From Octopus bimaculoides (Eukaryota), in assembly GCF_001194135.2 (NCBI RefSeq), contig NC_068983.1:112680271-112744270 (forward strand): 64,000 nucleotides of DNA, given 5' to 3'. The position numbers were made by a program, and so were the translations under genes. Shown here piece by piece: positions 24,204 through 37,103 of the stretch; within the stretch, counting starts at the first letter, position 1; every line of letters starts with the position of its first letter. The notes beneath the pieces were generated by a model. That model was not told the DNA's origin and ran no database searches. It saw only the letters and a program-made list of their open reading frames with translations.

Positions 24204-25603
24204 ATGGAGAAAGCACCAGCAGGTGGCCACAGTTATGTGGCTGAAGCTGGAAAAGGGATAGACGTGGAAATGCAGGAAGTACATGAAATAAAGGTTGAAC
24301 CATGAAAAATGAAGGAATATGAGAAGTTGCTGGAAAGAGATGGAAATACACTGAAATTAACACTGCCTGTGGAACTAACAACCAATGTAATGAAAAGGAC
24401 GGTTATACATAAGACAATGAAGATAGCAACAAAGAAAATATAAATAGTGACAATTGAGTCTATCAAAGAATGTTTGAAGAATATAAAAAGACTAACCACA
24501 TTTATAGCAAGAGGGAGAAAGTACACTACTGTGGAGGTGTGCTTTGCATCAGAAGTGGAAGCAATTAAGCACTCCATGGAAGCAATAAGATTGGAAGAAT
24601 GGGTGCTTTTGCTATCGTACTGTGGCAAACGTGTGACCAGTGGGCAAGTTGGTAAAGTGCCCCCAGAGCTGAAAGAAACATGGCTGATGACAGCCATAAT
24701 TTATAACATGAATGAAGAGGCCAAGATACTGAAGGCCACAAGGACTCAAAGGGTAAACTACTGGGGATATGGAATTGAGTAAACTGTTCAAGCAACAGTG
24801 GAAGACCTAAGCAGAATTGTTGAAGAGATAGTGCTGCCCGATGATGTAAGATTGAGAGTGGTGTTGGAGGGCAGACCACCTATATGTTATACATGTGGAG
24901 GAAAAACCACATGAATGTGAGGTGCCCCCAAAGGGAACAACAGATAGAGCAGATGGAGAGGCAGGAGAGCACAGACCAGGTGGTACAGGTTGAGATAAAA
25001 GAGAAAGCAAGGGAGGAGGGATTCACAGTGTTTAAAAAAAGAAAGAAAAATGGGAGAGTGAGCTCTCTACCAGAGCAGCAGAAAAAGAAGAAAGAAGAGG
25101 TGGAAAAGGAGGAAACCAGAAGGAAGGAAGACAAAATGGTGGTGGATAAAGAAAGGGAAAAGGAATTCGAAGAAGTGTTCGAGGAGGAGTTGCATAAGGT
25201 GGAGACATTGGTGAAGATACCGGTTGTTCCAGTGGAGGAAGAAGATTTAAAAATACAACTGCAGAGACTGTTCAGAGTGGAGGGAGAAGAGAAGATACCA
25301 GTAGTGGAGCAGGAAAAGAGGAAACAAACAAGAAAAGGAAATTTTCGATGGAATTTAGCAAAGTACGTGGAATGCAAAGAAACTGAAAAGAAAGTATTAA
25401 AGTTTAAACATATTATAAGAGTGAAATTGCCCATGGATGTGTATTCTGAGAATGGGAAGGCCATCGTGGTTGACAAGGACACCTACAACAGACTAAAAGA
25501 CATATGCGGAGAAGGGATTCACCCACCAGGAGTGATGGTGGAGTTCGATGAATTGTCACCAGTAGTGGAGCTAAAAGATCTAGAACCTTTCATGAGATAT
25601 TAA
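24204..25603 (+). pseudogene. decayed retroelement gag/ORF1-like gene with a CCHC zinc knuckle, no ORF2
   Basis: One frame from ATG 24204 (MEKAPAGG...) with three in-frame stops reaches RPPICYTCG. A 1-nt frameshift then joins KNHMNVRC (Cx2Cx4Hx4C) and a long E/K-rich tail ending at the stop at 25603. Confidence 0.7.
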
Positions 25604-25949
25604 AAAGGAAATAAAAAGTAAGTAAAATTGTTTCATTTAAAAAAAGAAGAAAAAACGATGATTAAGAAAAGGACAATGATAAAATAGAACGATTGTAAAT
25701 AGTTTATATAAACGTTCAAATGGTACTGCATGGGAGTGAGCCCATGCAGCCGTTTCACATTTTATTTTTGTATAACGTCTCATTTTCATTTGCTTTATGT
25801 TTTTTGTCCCCACTGTGGTGTTGTGTCTGTCTTTGTAGTGTACCCTCTGTGTTGCAGCCATAGTGCCAAAATAAAGAAACAATGAGTTCACCTATACATG
25901 TAAAATTATAAGTGTTAATGATAAAGTAGTGCTGTCCAGCTAAATAATG

Positions 25950-26100
25950 GTTTAAATTTTTGGCTCAAGGCCAGAAATTTCAAAGGAATTTCATCAACCC
26001 TGAAATGATGAAAGGCAAAGTCAACCTTAGCAGAATTTGAACTCAGAACAGAAAGAGCTAGAAGAAATACCACTAAACCTTTTACAAGATTTGCAGACGG
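25950..26100 (-). mobile_element. degenerate SINE family A
   Basis: gatgaaaggcaaagtcaaccttagcagaatttgaactcagaac matches family A. Confidence 0.7.
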
Positions 26101-26452
26101 TTTTATCAGATAGTCATCCACTCCCACTACATAATAAAACTAGCACTCATTAATACAGTAAGATTTAGTATATTTTAACATATTTATCCTGAAGATGGCG
26201 ATGTGCATGGCTAACACAAATCAATTGTTCTTGCTTGTGTTCTTCCCTTTTTTTATTTACTATATGAAGTGTATTACATCAACTCCTAATATTAACCATA
26301 CATATGATTATAGAATATGGCTCACCACCAAAATGGTTAATAGCCACTTAGTTATTTACTCAACCAAACGTATAAATCAATAATTGTATCCTAATTACAC
26401 ATTTGCGTCTATATAAATATGCACAGAAATGCTAACTGAACATGCTTATATA

Positions 26453-26454
<2 letters not shown>

Positions 26455-26494
<40 letters not shown>

Positions 26495-26590
26495 TATATT
26501 ATATTATATTATATTATATTATATTATATATTATTTTATATTATATTACACTATATCATACTATATTATATATATCATATTATATTAATT
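26455..26590. repeat. (TA)n grading into (TATTA)n
   Basis: Directly visible. Confidence 0.9.
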
Positions 26591-26771
26591 ATACTGTGCT
26601 GGTGTGTGCATATGTATATATATACACAAACACACACATACAGTATAATTAGGGAGAGAGAAACGGAGTGAGACATATACACGTGTATGTATGTAAAGGC
26701 AATTACAAAAGAAACAAATACAAATTATGTACATAGAAATATGTATAATTACAAACGTATTTATATATTTT

Positions 26772-26805
<34 letters not shown>

Positions 26806-27289
26806 ATGTGTATGTGTGTGTAAATGTGTGTTTCTTGCAAACAGTAACTGTGTTATTTGCAGTAGAAAGAAAGAAGTAGAAATAGCAATATTTTTCTTTT
26901 TTTTTTTCTTATTAAAAAGAGAAATGTAAAATAAAAAAAATACAAATTAATTAACTAAAAGAACAAATATCAGTCGACACCTTTGCTGCTGCTGCTGCTA
27001 CAAAAATGGCTACAAACATGACAAGAAAGTAGATTAGACAGATGCAGAAGAATACTAATATTTTCACTTAGTTGTACAAAAATTATTGTACTCTTGTGCT
27101 GGTCTCAGTATTTACTGAGAAAAAGACATGTAAAGAAAGAAAAATCTGTTGGAACCATATTTTTTATATTCCGTAATTTTTTGTCTAGACTACTTTATAT
27201 AAATTTGTTGTTATTTCTCACAGATAAATATAAGAAATTTATTTAATTATTCTGCAGCATTACTTAAAATACTTCTTTATATATCATGA

Positions 27290-27500
27290 ACATATGTGCA
27301 GGCATGGGTGTTTTACTGCCACGTAGCATGGCTGTTCACACACAGGCATCATACAATCTTTCACCTTGTGCGAGAGACCCTTTGTTACCAACAAAGGTAG
27401 TAACTCTCTTAACTTTGCCCAGCCTATTCTTATTCTGGCAGCGACACACTCAGAGCAACTCCCTCCACTGCTGACTTGGTCTTGTAGATAACAGAAGCTA
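27290..27500 (-). mobile_element. RTE-clade LINE fragment (C-terminal part of RT)
   Basis: Minus translation DQVSSGGSCSECVAARIRIGWAKLRELLPLLVTKGLS...LYDACV*TAMLRGSKT resembles the RTE motif RIRIGWAKFREL...LYxACVRxAMLxGSETW. Confidence 0.75.
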
Positions 27501-27917
27501 TCTACAACTTCTAAGTATCCTCCAGGGCATTTGACAGAGTCTATTTATATATTCTTTTATATGTTTCAGTCCTTAGGCTGCAACCATGCACCACCAGAAT
27601 GTATATATTATCCTCCATTTTCTAATTGTTATATATATATATATATATTTGATTAATGAGGGAGATGGAAGATGGAAGATACAAAAATGTTTACTGATCA
27701 CTACAACTGGTTCGGCCCATCTAGCATTGATTCCTCACAGGTGAGATATTGAACATCTAGTTTAAGCATATCCATTGGTATAGATGTGTCTCCTCAAGTG
27801 ACAAGATGTATATCATTAAAATAACTTCTGTTCTGTGAGATTTCTTTTTAGTATGTGTATGCAAAAGCAGCAAATCAAGAGATGCAGCTTCATATATAAA
27901 TATGTATATATATATAC

Positions 27918-27953
<36 letters not shown>

Positions 27954-28727
27954 NNNNNNNNNNNNNNNNNNNNNNNNNNNNNNNNNNNNNNNNNNNNNNN
28001 NNNNNNNNNNNNNNNNNNNNNNNNNNNNNNNNNNNNNNNNNNNNNNNNNNNNNNNNNNNNNNNNNNNNNNNNNNNNNNNNNNNNNNNNNNNNNNNNNNNN
28101 NNNNNNNNNNNNNNNNNNNNNNNNNNNNNNNNNNNNNNNNNNNNNNNNNNNNNNNNNNNNNNNNNNNNNNNNNNNNNNNNNNNNNNNNNNNNNNNNNNNN
28201 NNNNNNNNNNNNNNNNNNNNNNNNNNNNNNNNNNNNNNNNNNNNNNNNNNNNNNNNNNNNNNNNNNNNNNNNNNNNNNNNNNNNNNNNNNNNNNNNNNNN
28301 NNNNNNNNNNNNNNNNNNNNNNNNNNNNNNNNNNNNNNNNNNNNNNNNNNNNNNNNNNNNNNNNNNNNNNNNNNNNNNNNNNNNNNNNNNNNNNNNNNNN
28401 NNNNNNNNNNNNNNNNNNNNNNNNNNNNNNNNNNNNNNNNNNNNNNNNNNNNNNNNNNNNNNNNNNNNNNNNNNNNNNNNNNNNNNNNNNNNNNNNNNNN
28501 NNNNNNNNNNNNNNNNNNNNNNNNNNNNNNNNNNNNNNNNNNNNNNNNNNNNNNNNNNNNNNNNNNNNNNNNNNNNNNNNNNNNNNNNNNNNNNNNNNNN
28601 NNNNNNNNNNNNNNNNNNNNNNNNNNNNNNNNNNNNNNNNNNNNNNNNNNNNNNNNNNNNNNNNNNNNNNNNNNNNNNNNNNNNNNNNNNNNNNNNNNNN
28701 NNNNNNNNNNNNNNNNNNNNNNNNNNN
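27954..28727. other. assembly gap (774 N) adjoining (TA)n
   Basis: N run, visible. Confidence 0.99.
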
Positions 28728-28782
28728 CAGAAAGAATATGGAGACAAGGAGAAAAACACGGAGAAAAAAAATATATATATAC

Positions 28783-28820
<38 letters not shown>

Positions 28821-28823
<3 letters not shown>

Positions 28824-28987
28824 CGACGGGCTTCTTTCAGTTTCCATCTACCAAATCCACTCACAAGGCTATGGTCTGCCCAAGGCTATTGTTGAAGACA
28901 CTTGCCCAAGGTGCCACGCAGTGGGTCTGAACCCGGAACCATGTGGTTCGTAAGCAAGCTACTTACTACACAGCCACTCCTATGCCT
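28821..28987 (-). mobile_element. 5' half of SINE family B
   Basis: Head plus CORE-like segment ending at cccgtcgtatat and running into (AT)n. Confidence 0.85.
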
Positions 28988-29235
28988 ATATATACATACA
29001 TACAAACATACATATGTGTGTGTGTGAGAGGTTTAGGAGCAACACGCAGGTGTATTAGTTTAACACTCAGGGAAAATGGAAAAGTCTTTTATGTTTTGAG
29101 CCTAAACTCTTTCACAGATAGGATTAAAAGGTAAAAATCGGAAAGAGAATGAAAAAATGGGGGGAGAAAAAATGTGCAGAGTTCAACAGTCCAACACTGT
29201 AAGATGACTTGAAAAAAGAGGCTGAATAAAAGAGT

Positions 29236-29291
<56 letters not shown>

Positions 29292-29383
29292 TAATAATGA
29301 TAATGATGATGATGATGANNNNNNNNNNNNNNNNNNNNNNNNNNNNNNNNNNNNNNNNNNNNNNNNNNNNNNNNNNNNNNNNN
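29236..29383. repeat. (TAA)n/(TGA)n trinucleotide tract with a 65-N gap at 29319-29383
   Basis: Directly visible. Confidence 0.95.
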
Positions 29384-31588
29384 GAGGAGGAGGAGGAAGA
29401 TAGAAATAATAATAATAACAGTAACAGTAACCCCAACGACATAAAGTGCACAAGCATGTGTGTATATGAGAGAATGGTGTGCGTGAGTGTGAATGGGAGT
29501 AAGTGAGTATGTGTGTGTGGGCAAATGCGTGCATATGTGTATATGTTGGGGATAATGCGTATGTGTGTGTGCTATGTGTAGCAGTTGACATGTGTTTGTT
29601 CAGGTGGTGTGCATGTGCATGTGTGTGTGTGTCTGTGACCAAATACTGTGTATGTGTATTATGTATGCTTGTGGTTGATAAATGAATATATATATATATA
29701 TATATATATATGACACACACATACATAGTACATACATACATATGTACGTACATACACACCCACAGACACATATTCAATTTTAATATATTAAGGTGAAATT
29801 AAGGTGAAGGCTGTGTTCTTGCTGTTGAAGGAAATTGCCTGTCTAATGAGAAATGTGCATTTTCTAATAACGGAAATTGATTTTGTAAATTAAAAATCTT
29901 AAATGTAAATAATAGATATTTCAATTACTAATAAATATAGGGGTCAAACATTAAAGGTGATTGGATCACAAAAACAAGAGTCCTGCTTTTCTCTAGAACA
30001 ATTCTCTGCTGGAAGTCAGAACAGTCTACATTTAAATGAAGAAGATGGAAATACAATACAAAGTTTTTGGTTATATCATGAAGCTTTTAACTGGTAAAAG
30101 TCACTCTGTGAGTTGCTGCTACTTATTTTCTTTAGAGTGTATTTATTTCTAAGAATAATATATATGTTAAATAATTCAGTTAGGTTTTAAACAATATTTG
30201 AATATGTTGTTAAAAAATAGAGGTGTATTCATTTCTTCTACATCTTACACTAAAATGCATGTTCCTAAACAGTTAAATATTTTATTTTTATGGGGCTGAA
30301 AAGAAAACAATTTTTTGGTCTATTCTCTTTCAATGATTTCACAGATTTCTATATCAGATGAAGGTCATTTGAAAATATTGGCAATGAATTGCAAAACAAG
30401 TGATGCAATAGAGAGTATAAATCTGATTTTAAAACTATTTTTAATCATTGAAGACTAGTAAATAAACAAGACAAAATAAAAGTAGAGAGAAAAATGATGG
30501 ACTCATCTACAAGTACTAGACTTAAAAGTCAGAAAGGAAAAGTCGTAAAGAAAATGCAGCATTTGGATATAGTAATAAATATAGATAAGTTATATAAATT
30601 ATCTTGTTAGCTTCTTCAGTGTGGTATCTCTAATATATGCGTGTTGTGGAGAAAAATAGGTGAATCACCAGGAAGCTTCAGGTCAGTACTTTCAACGTGG
30701 GATGGTGGTGGCTCTGAGAGCCTCTTAACTCTTGAAAGAACCTGAATTTAACACCACACTGAGTCATTTCTTTCACTTCCAAGTGCTGATCACCAGTACC
30801 TGCAGATATATTTCATGGGTGGTGAATGAGAATAGACAAGATAATGTAGTAATATTCTGTTTCACAGTGAATTATCTTTTATATTCAGGAAATATTGTAT
30901 TAACTTGATGACTGTGTAATGAGATATAAAATTGCTCTTGAAATGTGAATGAAACTGAGATAGAAATTATCATCCAAGTAGATAAAGTACCCTCTAGGGA
31001 ACATGAACATTTAATGAGGCTGACATTTTAATTGGTGAGCAGGAGCTCCTTGGGAGACATATAGTTCTGCAAAAATTCTATGAATCTGTCATTAGAACCT
31101 CAAAAACACACTGTTAATTTCATCCAATACAATATCCTCTGAAGTTTCAAAACGGATAATATAGGCACAGCACTAGTGTCCAAAGATTTGCTGAGTAAAA
31201 AGCATCACTTGATAATTTTTACACTCATGATTAATAATCTCATCAAATGAAAGTCTTCATCATTTCTGTCAATATTTCAGTCTGTTCACAATGAATACCG
31301 AAATGTCATATATTCAATAAGTCCAAGAGAGTTGGAAAATATATTTGCATAAGAGTTGCTTTGAAGAGCAATGAAAATCAAAGAAATATTGGCCAACCTG
31401 CCATCTTGTAATCATATTTCACAGTAGGTCTTAAGATACATGCATGAATGCAGTCAAGATGCTACAATTTGTCAGCATCTTGACCTTCATATGTAATACA
31501 AAACTGAAATTGTATTGCTTCGAAACCAACAAGCTTAAACATTGGCATTGTATTGCTACAAAGGTTTGCTGTCAAAACATATTACATA

Positions 31589-31646
<58 letters not shown>

Positions 31647-31699
31647 TATGGGTGCGTGTGAGTGCATCAACAGTTGAAATCTGAATAAATATTTAAAGT

Positions 31700-32330
31700 G
31701 AGGACAAAAATGGTATCTGTGACAAGACGAGTAGATATTAGTGTATGAAGCCAGCTCGAGTAAGGTAACACAAAATTAGCTGAACTCAGCAAGCTGAGAC
31801 CACTGTAGTTGCAGTGGAAAATAAAAGGCAAGACATGTGTGTAGTGAATGTAGAGATTAGAGTTAGCTGCTTGTTTGTGAGCAACATCATGGCAATTAGT
31901 CACGTGTCATTTTTATCAGATGAAGTGTCATATGTCTATATGTGTTGTAACCACACCATCCTAGATGTGAGAGAAGTACTTCACTCTAAGACTGACTTGA
32001 TCTCTATAAAGCATTTGTAGTTTCTGAGTTGTGATGTATTTTCTGAAGAGGAAATCCAGTTTTTTTGACGTTGAGGGTGTGTGTTCAAGTATCACACATA
32101 GCTTTATATTAACAATATCCAACATTTATAATGGCCTTGAGGTGTCTAGTTTTAGTTGCTTGTTGTTCATGTCTAGTGTAAGGTGAAATTTATGATATTT
32201 TCATCTTGATGAGTCATGAGTGTGTCTTTGTGTTGTTGAAGAGGGACAGGATTGTTGCGACCCACTGGAGAAAATTTTCAAGCCTCCTGTTTATGGATTC
32301 AGTGCATGCTTTGGCATGATGTCTATGCTT
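31700..32330 (-). mobile_element. degenerate CR1/Jockey-group LINE 3' region
   Basis: Minus translations ACTESINRRLENFLQWVATILSLFNNTKT and FLFRKYITTQKLQMLYRDQVSLRVKYFSHI*DG resemble the post-RT motifs W...NLV.FN.SKT and LYKAQVRP.LEYCSHIWDG. Confidence 0.55.
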
Positions 32331-32379
32331 TACATAAATATGGCTGTGTGTGTGTGAGTCAGTTTAAGACCACTGTGAT

Positions 32380-32600
32380 TATTTTTTACCAAATGCATCT
32401 CTCTTTACTTTTGCAATAGTAGATGATGAGACCTGCTGTTCAAATAACTGGAGAAAAATTATCTGTATTATCTCCTTAATTAAGAGAGTTACTAGTATAT
32501 CATCCATATATCATGATGACTAACTATAATTGCCCAGGTACTTTTCTTTCATTATCTTACAAATCACTCTGGAGCTTATTCTCATTGCTGGAAATCTAAA
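32380..32600 (-). mobile_element. possible LTR/DIRS-type RT remnant (YMDDILV)
   Basis: tatatggatgatatactagta = YMDDILV, with an AGLI-like motif downstream; the rest is highly decayed. Confidence 0.3.
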
Positions 32601-34430
32601 TAGATTACTCATTGATTATCACAATTATTCTCCTCACTGAAATCCTGTCACAATAATACTTTTTTACTTCTTGTTTCACTGATTTCATATTGTCACTTAA
32701 AGCAAGTTTGCCGAAGTTATTTCACATATCAGTTACTTCACAATGATATTCTGATTCATGTGAACATACAGCTTTGCAATTTAAAAACTTCAAGTCTTTT
32801 ATTATCGTAATACATATTTTTTTCTTTTCTTTTTTTTTTTTTTTGCTGAGGCCTCCTGTTTAGTCTTTTGATACTACTCCTAGCTACCTCCCTATCAAAG
32901 AGTAAACATTATACTAGTATTACTTTCAAATTATATTTTTTCAACATCCATATTTCACTTATTTACATCTATATTATAGTGGTTAAGAGTTTTTTAAAGA
33001 ATATTTGGACGTTAACATTTTTTTCAGAGCAATTACTTTTTCAAATGCATGTCCTTTCTACAAGTAATCATTTAACTATAGAATAAAAACTGTTGTACTC
33101 TTATTAGCTGAAGAAGCAGAGTTCTGCTCATCTTAGAGGAAGACATAAAGCTACAAATTACTGAATGGACAGAATAAGAAACAAAATGCAGAGTTAATCC
33201 TAATCAAGAATCAGTTAATAACAAATGACTGTAATTTGTTGGATTTAGAAACTATGCTTGTTTTCTTTAAGTGAAAAAAATGCTCATTCTAAATTTTAAT
33301 CTAGTGAAGATTGCAAACTATAGAACCATAAAATTAAGAATTAATTTCAAACCCTATTTTTCACAAAAACTTTGTATGTTTTTTTTTTGTTTTTTTTTCA
33401 TATTTCACTTCTATCTTTTTGTAAATTCTTCCTTACATTATTAATCTGTTGGTATAATGGTTGTTGCACATTAAGATAATTTCATATTGTCAGAGCAATT
33501 ACTTTTAAAGATGTATACACCTCTTTCCTATTACTAACCAAGTGTAATTAAAACAATGTTTGCAATGTAACTGAAGCAAAAGCATTGGTTGTTGCAAGTT
33601 TTCCATTCATATCTATTGTATCATCAATGTTATAATGGATATAACTCATATTCATTGCAACATCAATCTCCTATTTCAATGCTTTCATTCCAACCACACC
33701 CCCATTTTTAAATACATTGATTAAGGAATAGCTAAAATAGTTTACAACAGAACTTAACATTTTATTGGCAATTGGGCTTCCATAAAATGAAATCTGTCAG
33801 CGATGTCATAAAAAAACACTGACTATATTATATTCTTTAGTAAAAAACAATTAACTCTTACTACCTCTGTATGAGCAAAGCTATAGCATAATTGTGACAG
33901 GGCAACACATTTAGGAATTCTTTCTATGGCCATTTTATCACTATTGCAGGCCATAGCATTTTAGGACTTGAAACACGTATTGTCAATTTTAATGGGGTAA
34001 GGGAGAAAAGAAGAGTTTGTCAAGGACAATTTTTCTTCTCATCTGTGATGGTCAAGCACCCACACAGAAATTGCCTACATTTAAGTTCAAGTAAAACTCT
34101 CTGACTTAGAAATATCATATCTTCTTCAAAAGAGTTAAAGGAAAAATAAAAGCAATAGCCATGAAATAGTACAAATATAATGTTAGTTTTAGAAATAGCT
34201 TGTCAAAATTCATAAATATTCATGAATCAATTTTAAATCAAGTTAAAATAAATGCTCTAAAATTCCTTTCCAAAGTGGATTTATGCAAATTTTCAAAATG
34301 CTGCAAGTGTACCTAAATAAAAAGAACACCTAATCAGAAATGAAGACATATTTCTTTTTCTTCCTAAACGTGGCATTAAAGATTTGTTTGAAATTATTAT
34401 TATTATTGTTGTTGTTGTTGTTGTTGTTGT

Positions 34431-34650
34431 TAAGGCAGTGAGCTGGCAGAATCATTTGCATGTTGGATGGAATTCTTAATGGTATTTCACCCATTGCTAC
34501 GTTCTGAGTTCAAAATCCGCTGAGGTCGACTTTGCCTTTCATCCTTTTGGGGGCTGATGAATATATGTCACTTGATTACTGACATTGATGTAATCGACAA
34601 TACACCTAAATATTTCAGGCCTTGTGTCTATAATAGAAAGGATTACAATT
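34431..34650 (+). mobile_element. SINE family A
   Basis: taaggcagtgagctggcagaa...gttctgagttcaaaatccgctgaggtcgactttgcctttcatcc...ttgtgtctataatagaaaggatt. Confidence 0.85.
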
Positions 34651-36875
34651 ATTTTATTTGACTCAGGTTCATTCTTATTCCTGGTAGAATTTATGTGGGT
34701 AACAGGTTACAACCTGTAACTTTAGGTATCCACAAACTTTCAATAATCTTTCAAGTGCTCAGAACCCTTCTGGTAATCTTTGCTGTCCCTAAGAGGTATA
34801 CATTTGTCTATATCATTTTCATAGATCCTAAGGTACCAATTATTACAGGTGCAACCTTTACAATTTTCGTACTCCAAATTCTCACAATTTCAAATTTTAA
34901 GGGGTTGTATTTGTTCCTTTTTCTTCTTCTGTCTTTACAATCTTGGAATCAAACAGCTATGATGGATCAATTACTAAGTAACTTTGCGTTTCATTGTCTA
35001 TTACTATTATGCCTGGTTTATTATTTTTTAGTTTATTTATTTGAATGGGTAAGTCTCATGAAATCCTGCATTTCTCTCACCCAAGTACTTTTTCAACCCA
35101 ATGATTATACTTCCAGCTTCAAATCACCATTTCTGACAAAGCTTCCAGTGTAAAACTTTCACACCTTGGTTATATCTCCATTTCTTATATTCTCTCCAAG
35201 CCAACTTGAAACATTCTGAAACAAAGTGTGCCATTCTGAAACAAAGTGTGCCATTCTGAAACAAAATGTGCCATTCTGAAACAAAGTGTTTCATCCCAAT
35301 TTCTGCACACTCTACATTTTGCTGACACCTTCTCCTCATATACATATTTTCTCAAGTTGATTATTTTTTAATGCTTGATCTTGAGCTACTCTAATTGGGC
35401 CCTCTGTTCTGTTTTTTAATTGCCTTTTTCTCAATCAAGCCCAGGTTTTCGTTCTGTATACATCCTCAATGGCTTTCTACAACTGATCATGTAAAGGTTT
35501 CTCGACAATCTGTTTAATATGCTTTTTTTGAATTTCCTTTTTGTCCTTTTCTCCTATTCCACACTTGATCAGCTGTTCCTTATTCACTGCTTTTAGCAAT
35601 TTCTCTGTTCTGTTCTGTAAACTTGTAGGCTTTTTTACTATCTGTACATACACTTCCACAGCAACTAAGCCTTTTCCACCCTGTTCTCTTTTCAAGTACA
35701 ACCAGTTAATATCAGCTTTGCGATGGTGAGCTCCATAAATTGCCAACAGCTTTCTAACTTTTCTGTCAAATTTCTGTATGTTGCTTTTGGTTGACTCTAC
35801 AATTCCAATTCCATATCTGATAACCAGTACTGCTCTTGCATTTATTGTTTCAATAACATTTTTTGAATTCAACTTCGACTCTCCTTGTATAATCCCTACT
35901 TATAATTTGCTTCATCCCTCCATGTTTTATTTCATCTTCCTCCAAATGCTTATACTATTGTCCCTTGTTGACTCCTTTCATTTTTTGTCCATCTGGCATT
36001 TCAATTCCCAGGCTTCTATGAAATTTCCCACATTTTTTTTCAATGTAGCACTTTTCAGTCCCAAATTCCATACTTACATCATCTGAGAAAATACAAACAG
36101 TATGTACAAGATTTTCATGCTGCTTCTCATTCTTTGCATAAAGTTTTAAATCATCCATAAAAAGGAGATGATTTATCTGACCATATCCTTTTCCTAAATC
36201 ACAAGCTATTTTTAGCTTTTCATCATATCAAAACTCATAATATCATGGCCAATGCAAATAATAATGTGGATAAACTAACACCTTGAAATATACCAAGTCT
36301 GATGTTCACTTTCTCCAGTCTTTGTTTTCCTTCAATCAGTTCAGTATTCCAATGTTTCATACTTTCATTTACCATTTTCTCCATATTTTCTTCCACTCCA
36401 AACATGCTCATTGTGTTATTCATCCAGCTGTTTGGTACCATGTTATATGCTTTTCTGTAATTCAACCATGATACATTTATTCCTGTCAATCTGTATCTAC
36501 AATTTCTAATTAATATTTTATCAACTAAAATGTAGTCTTTTGTTGCCTTACTTTGCTTCCTGCATTCTTTTTGTTCTACAGGAATTAGATTGTTACTTTC
36601 CAGATGATTATATAATTTTCTGCCAAAACAGAGGTTATGAGCTTCCATAAAAGTGGTAAACAGGTCATAGGTCAAAATTTTGATCCCAATTCACCTTTCA
36701 AGAGATCCTTGAGACATAACAATGTTTCTCTATTTGTCATCCAGGTAGAGACATGACACTGCTGCAGGCATTCATCAAGATGTACAGTGATACATTCATG
36801 CAACTGTAAAATTCTCAGCTAATAACCTTGTACTCCATCTATGCCAGGTTCTTTCCATGTTGCTATTTTTTAAAA
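34651..36875 (-). mobile_element. 5'-truncated R4/Dong-clade non-LTR retrotransposon (RT + CCHC + restriction-like endonuclease), decayed
   Basis: Minus motifs in order: WKEPGIDGVQGY, PMTCLPLLWKL, NYRKAYNMVPNSW, GIFQGVSLSTLLF, FMDDLKLY, REQGGKGL, CRVC..H..SEC, NKPGIIVID, VAPVIIGTLG, LGTAKITRRVLST* (stop 34751-34753). Confidence 0.85.
35211..35290. repeat. 4 x 20-bp tandem repeat inside the R4/Dong zinc knuckle
   Basis: (a/c)cattctgaaacaaagtgtg repeated four times with at most two differences per unit. Confidence 0.95.
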
Positions 36876-36911
36876 ACTTATTATTATTAATTATTATTAT
36901 TATCATTATTT

Positions 36912-37070
36912 TACTTCTCAGAGCACTTAGTCTTGTTTGCTCTGGTAGATTCTATGAAAGCAGACAGCAACCAGTTGTCAGAGGTCTCACAGCGTCTCTT
37001 TCTGCACATAATAAGCTTTCATTCTTGGTTGTTAATTATCATGGGAGACATTCAACATCCGAGTACCAAT

Positions 37071-37074
<4 letters not shown>
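36912..37074 (-). mobile_element. short 3'-end fragment of a second Dong-like element between two (TAA)n tracts
   Basis: Shares acct..ac(a/t)ggttg....ctg...ctaccag...tgag...taaaataa with the 3' UTR at 34651-34750. Confidence 0.45.

Positions 37075-37103
<29 letters not shown>

Noticed and set aside
24233-25482. Minus-strand ORFs of 154 and 200 aa
   Set aside because: Antisense shadows of the purine-rich gag/ORF1-like frame.
27700-27770. Possible second (minus-strand) hammerhead relic near ctggttcggccc...ttcctcacag
   Set aside because: Core nucleotides and stems cannot be put in register.
27816-28953. Long ORFs spanning X runs (also 10524-10908 and 42504-43392)
   Set aside because: Artefacts of N gaps.
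35211-35290. CRISPR-like appearance of short direct repeats (also 54731-54826 and 56070-56235)
   Set aside because: Head-to-tail tandem units without unique spacers, no cas genes, and a eukaryotic context.
34695-36471. Plus-strand ORFs (152, 62, 102, 62 aa)
   Set aside because: Antisense to the R4/Dong element.
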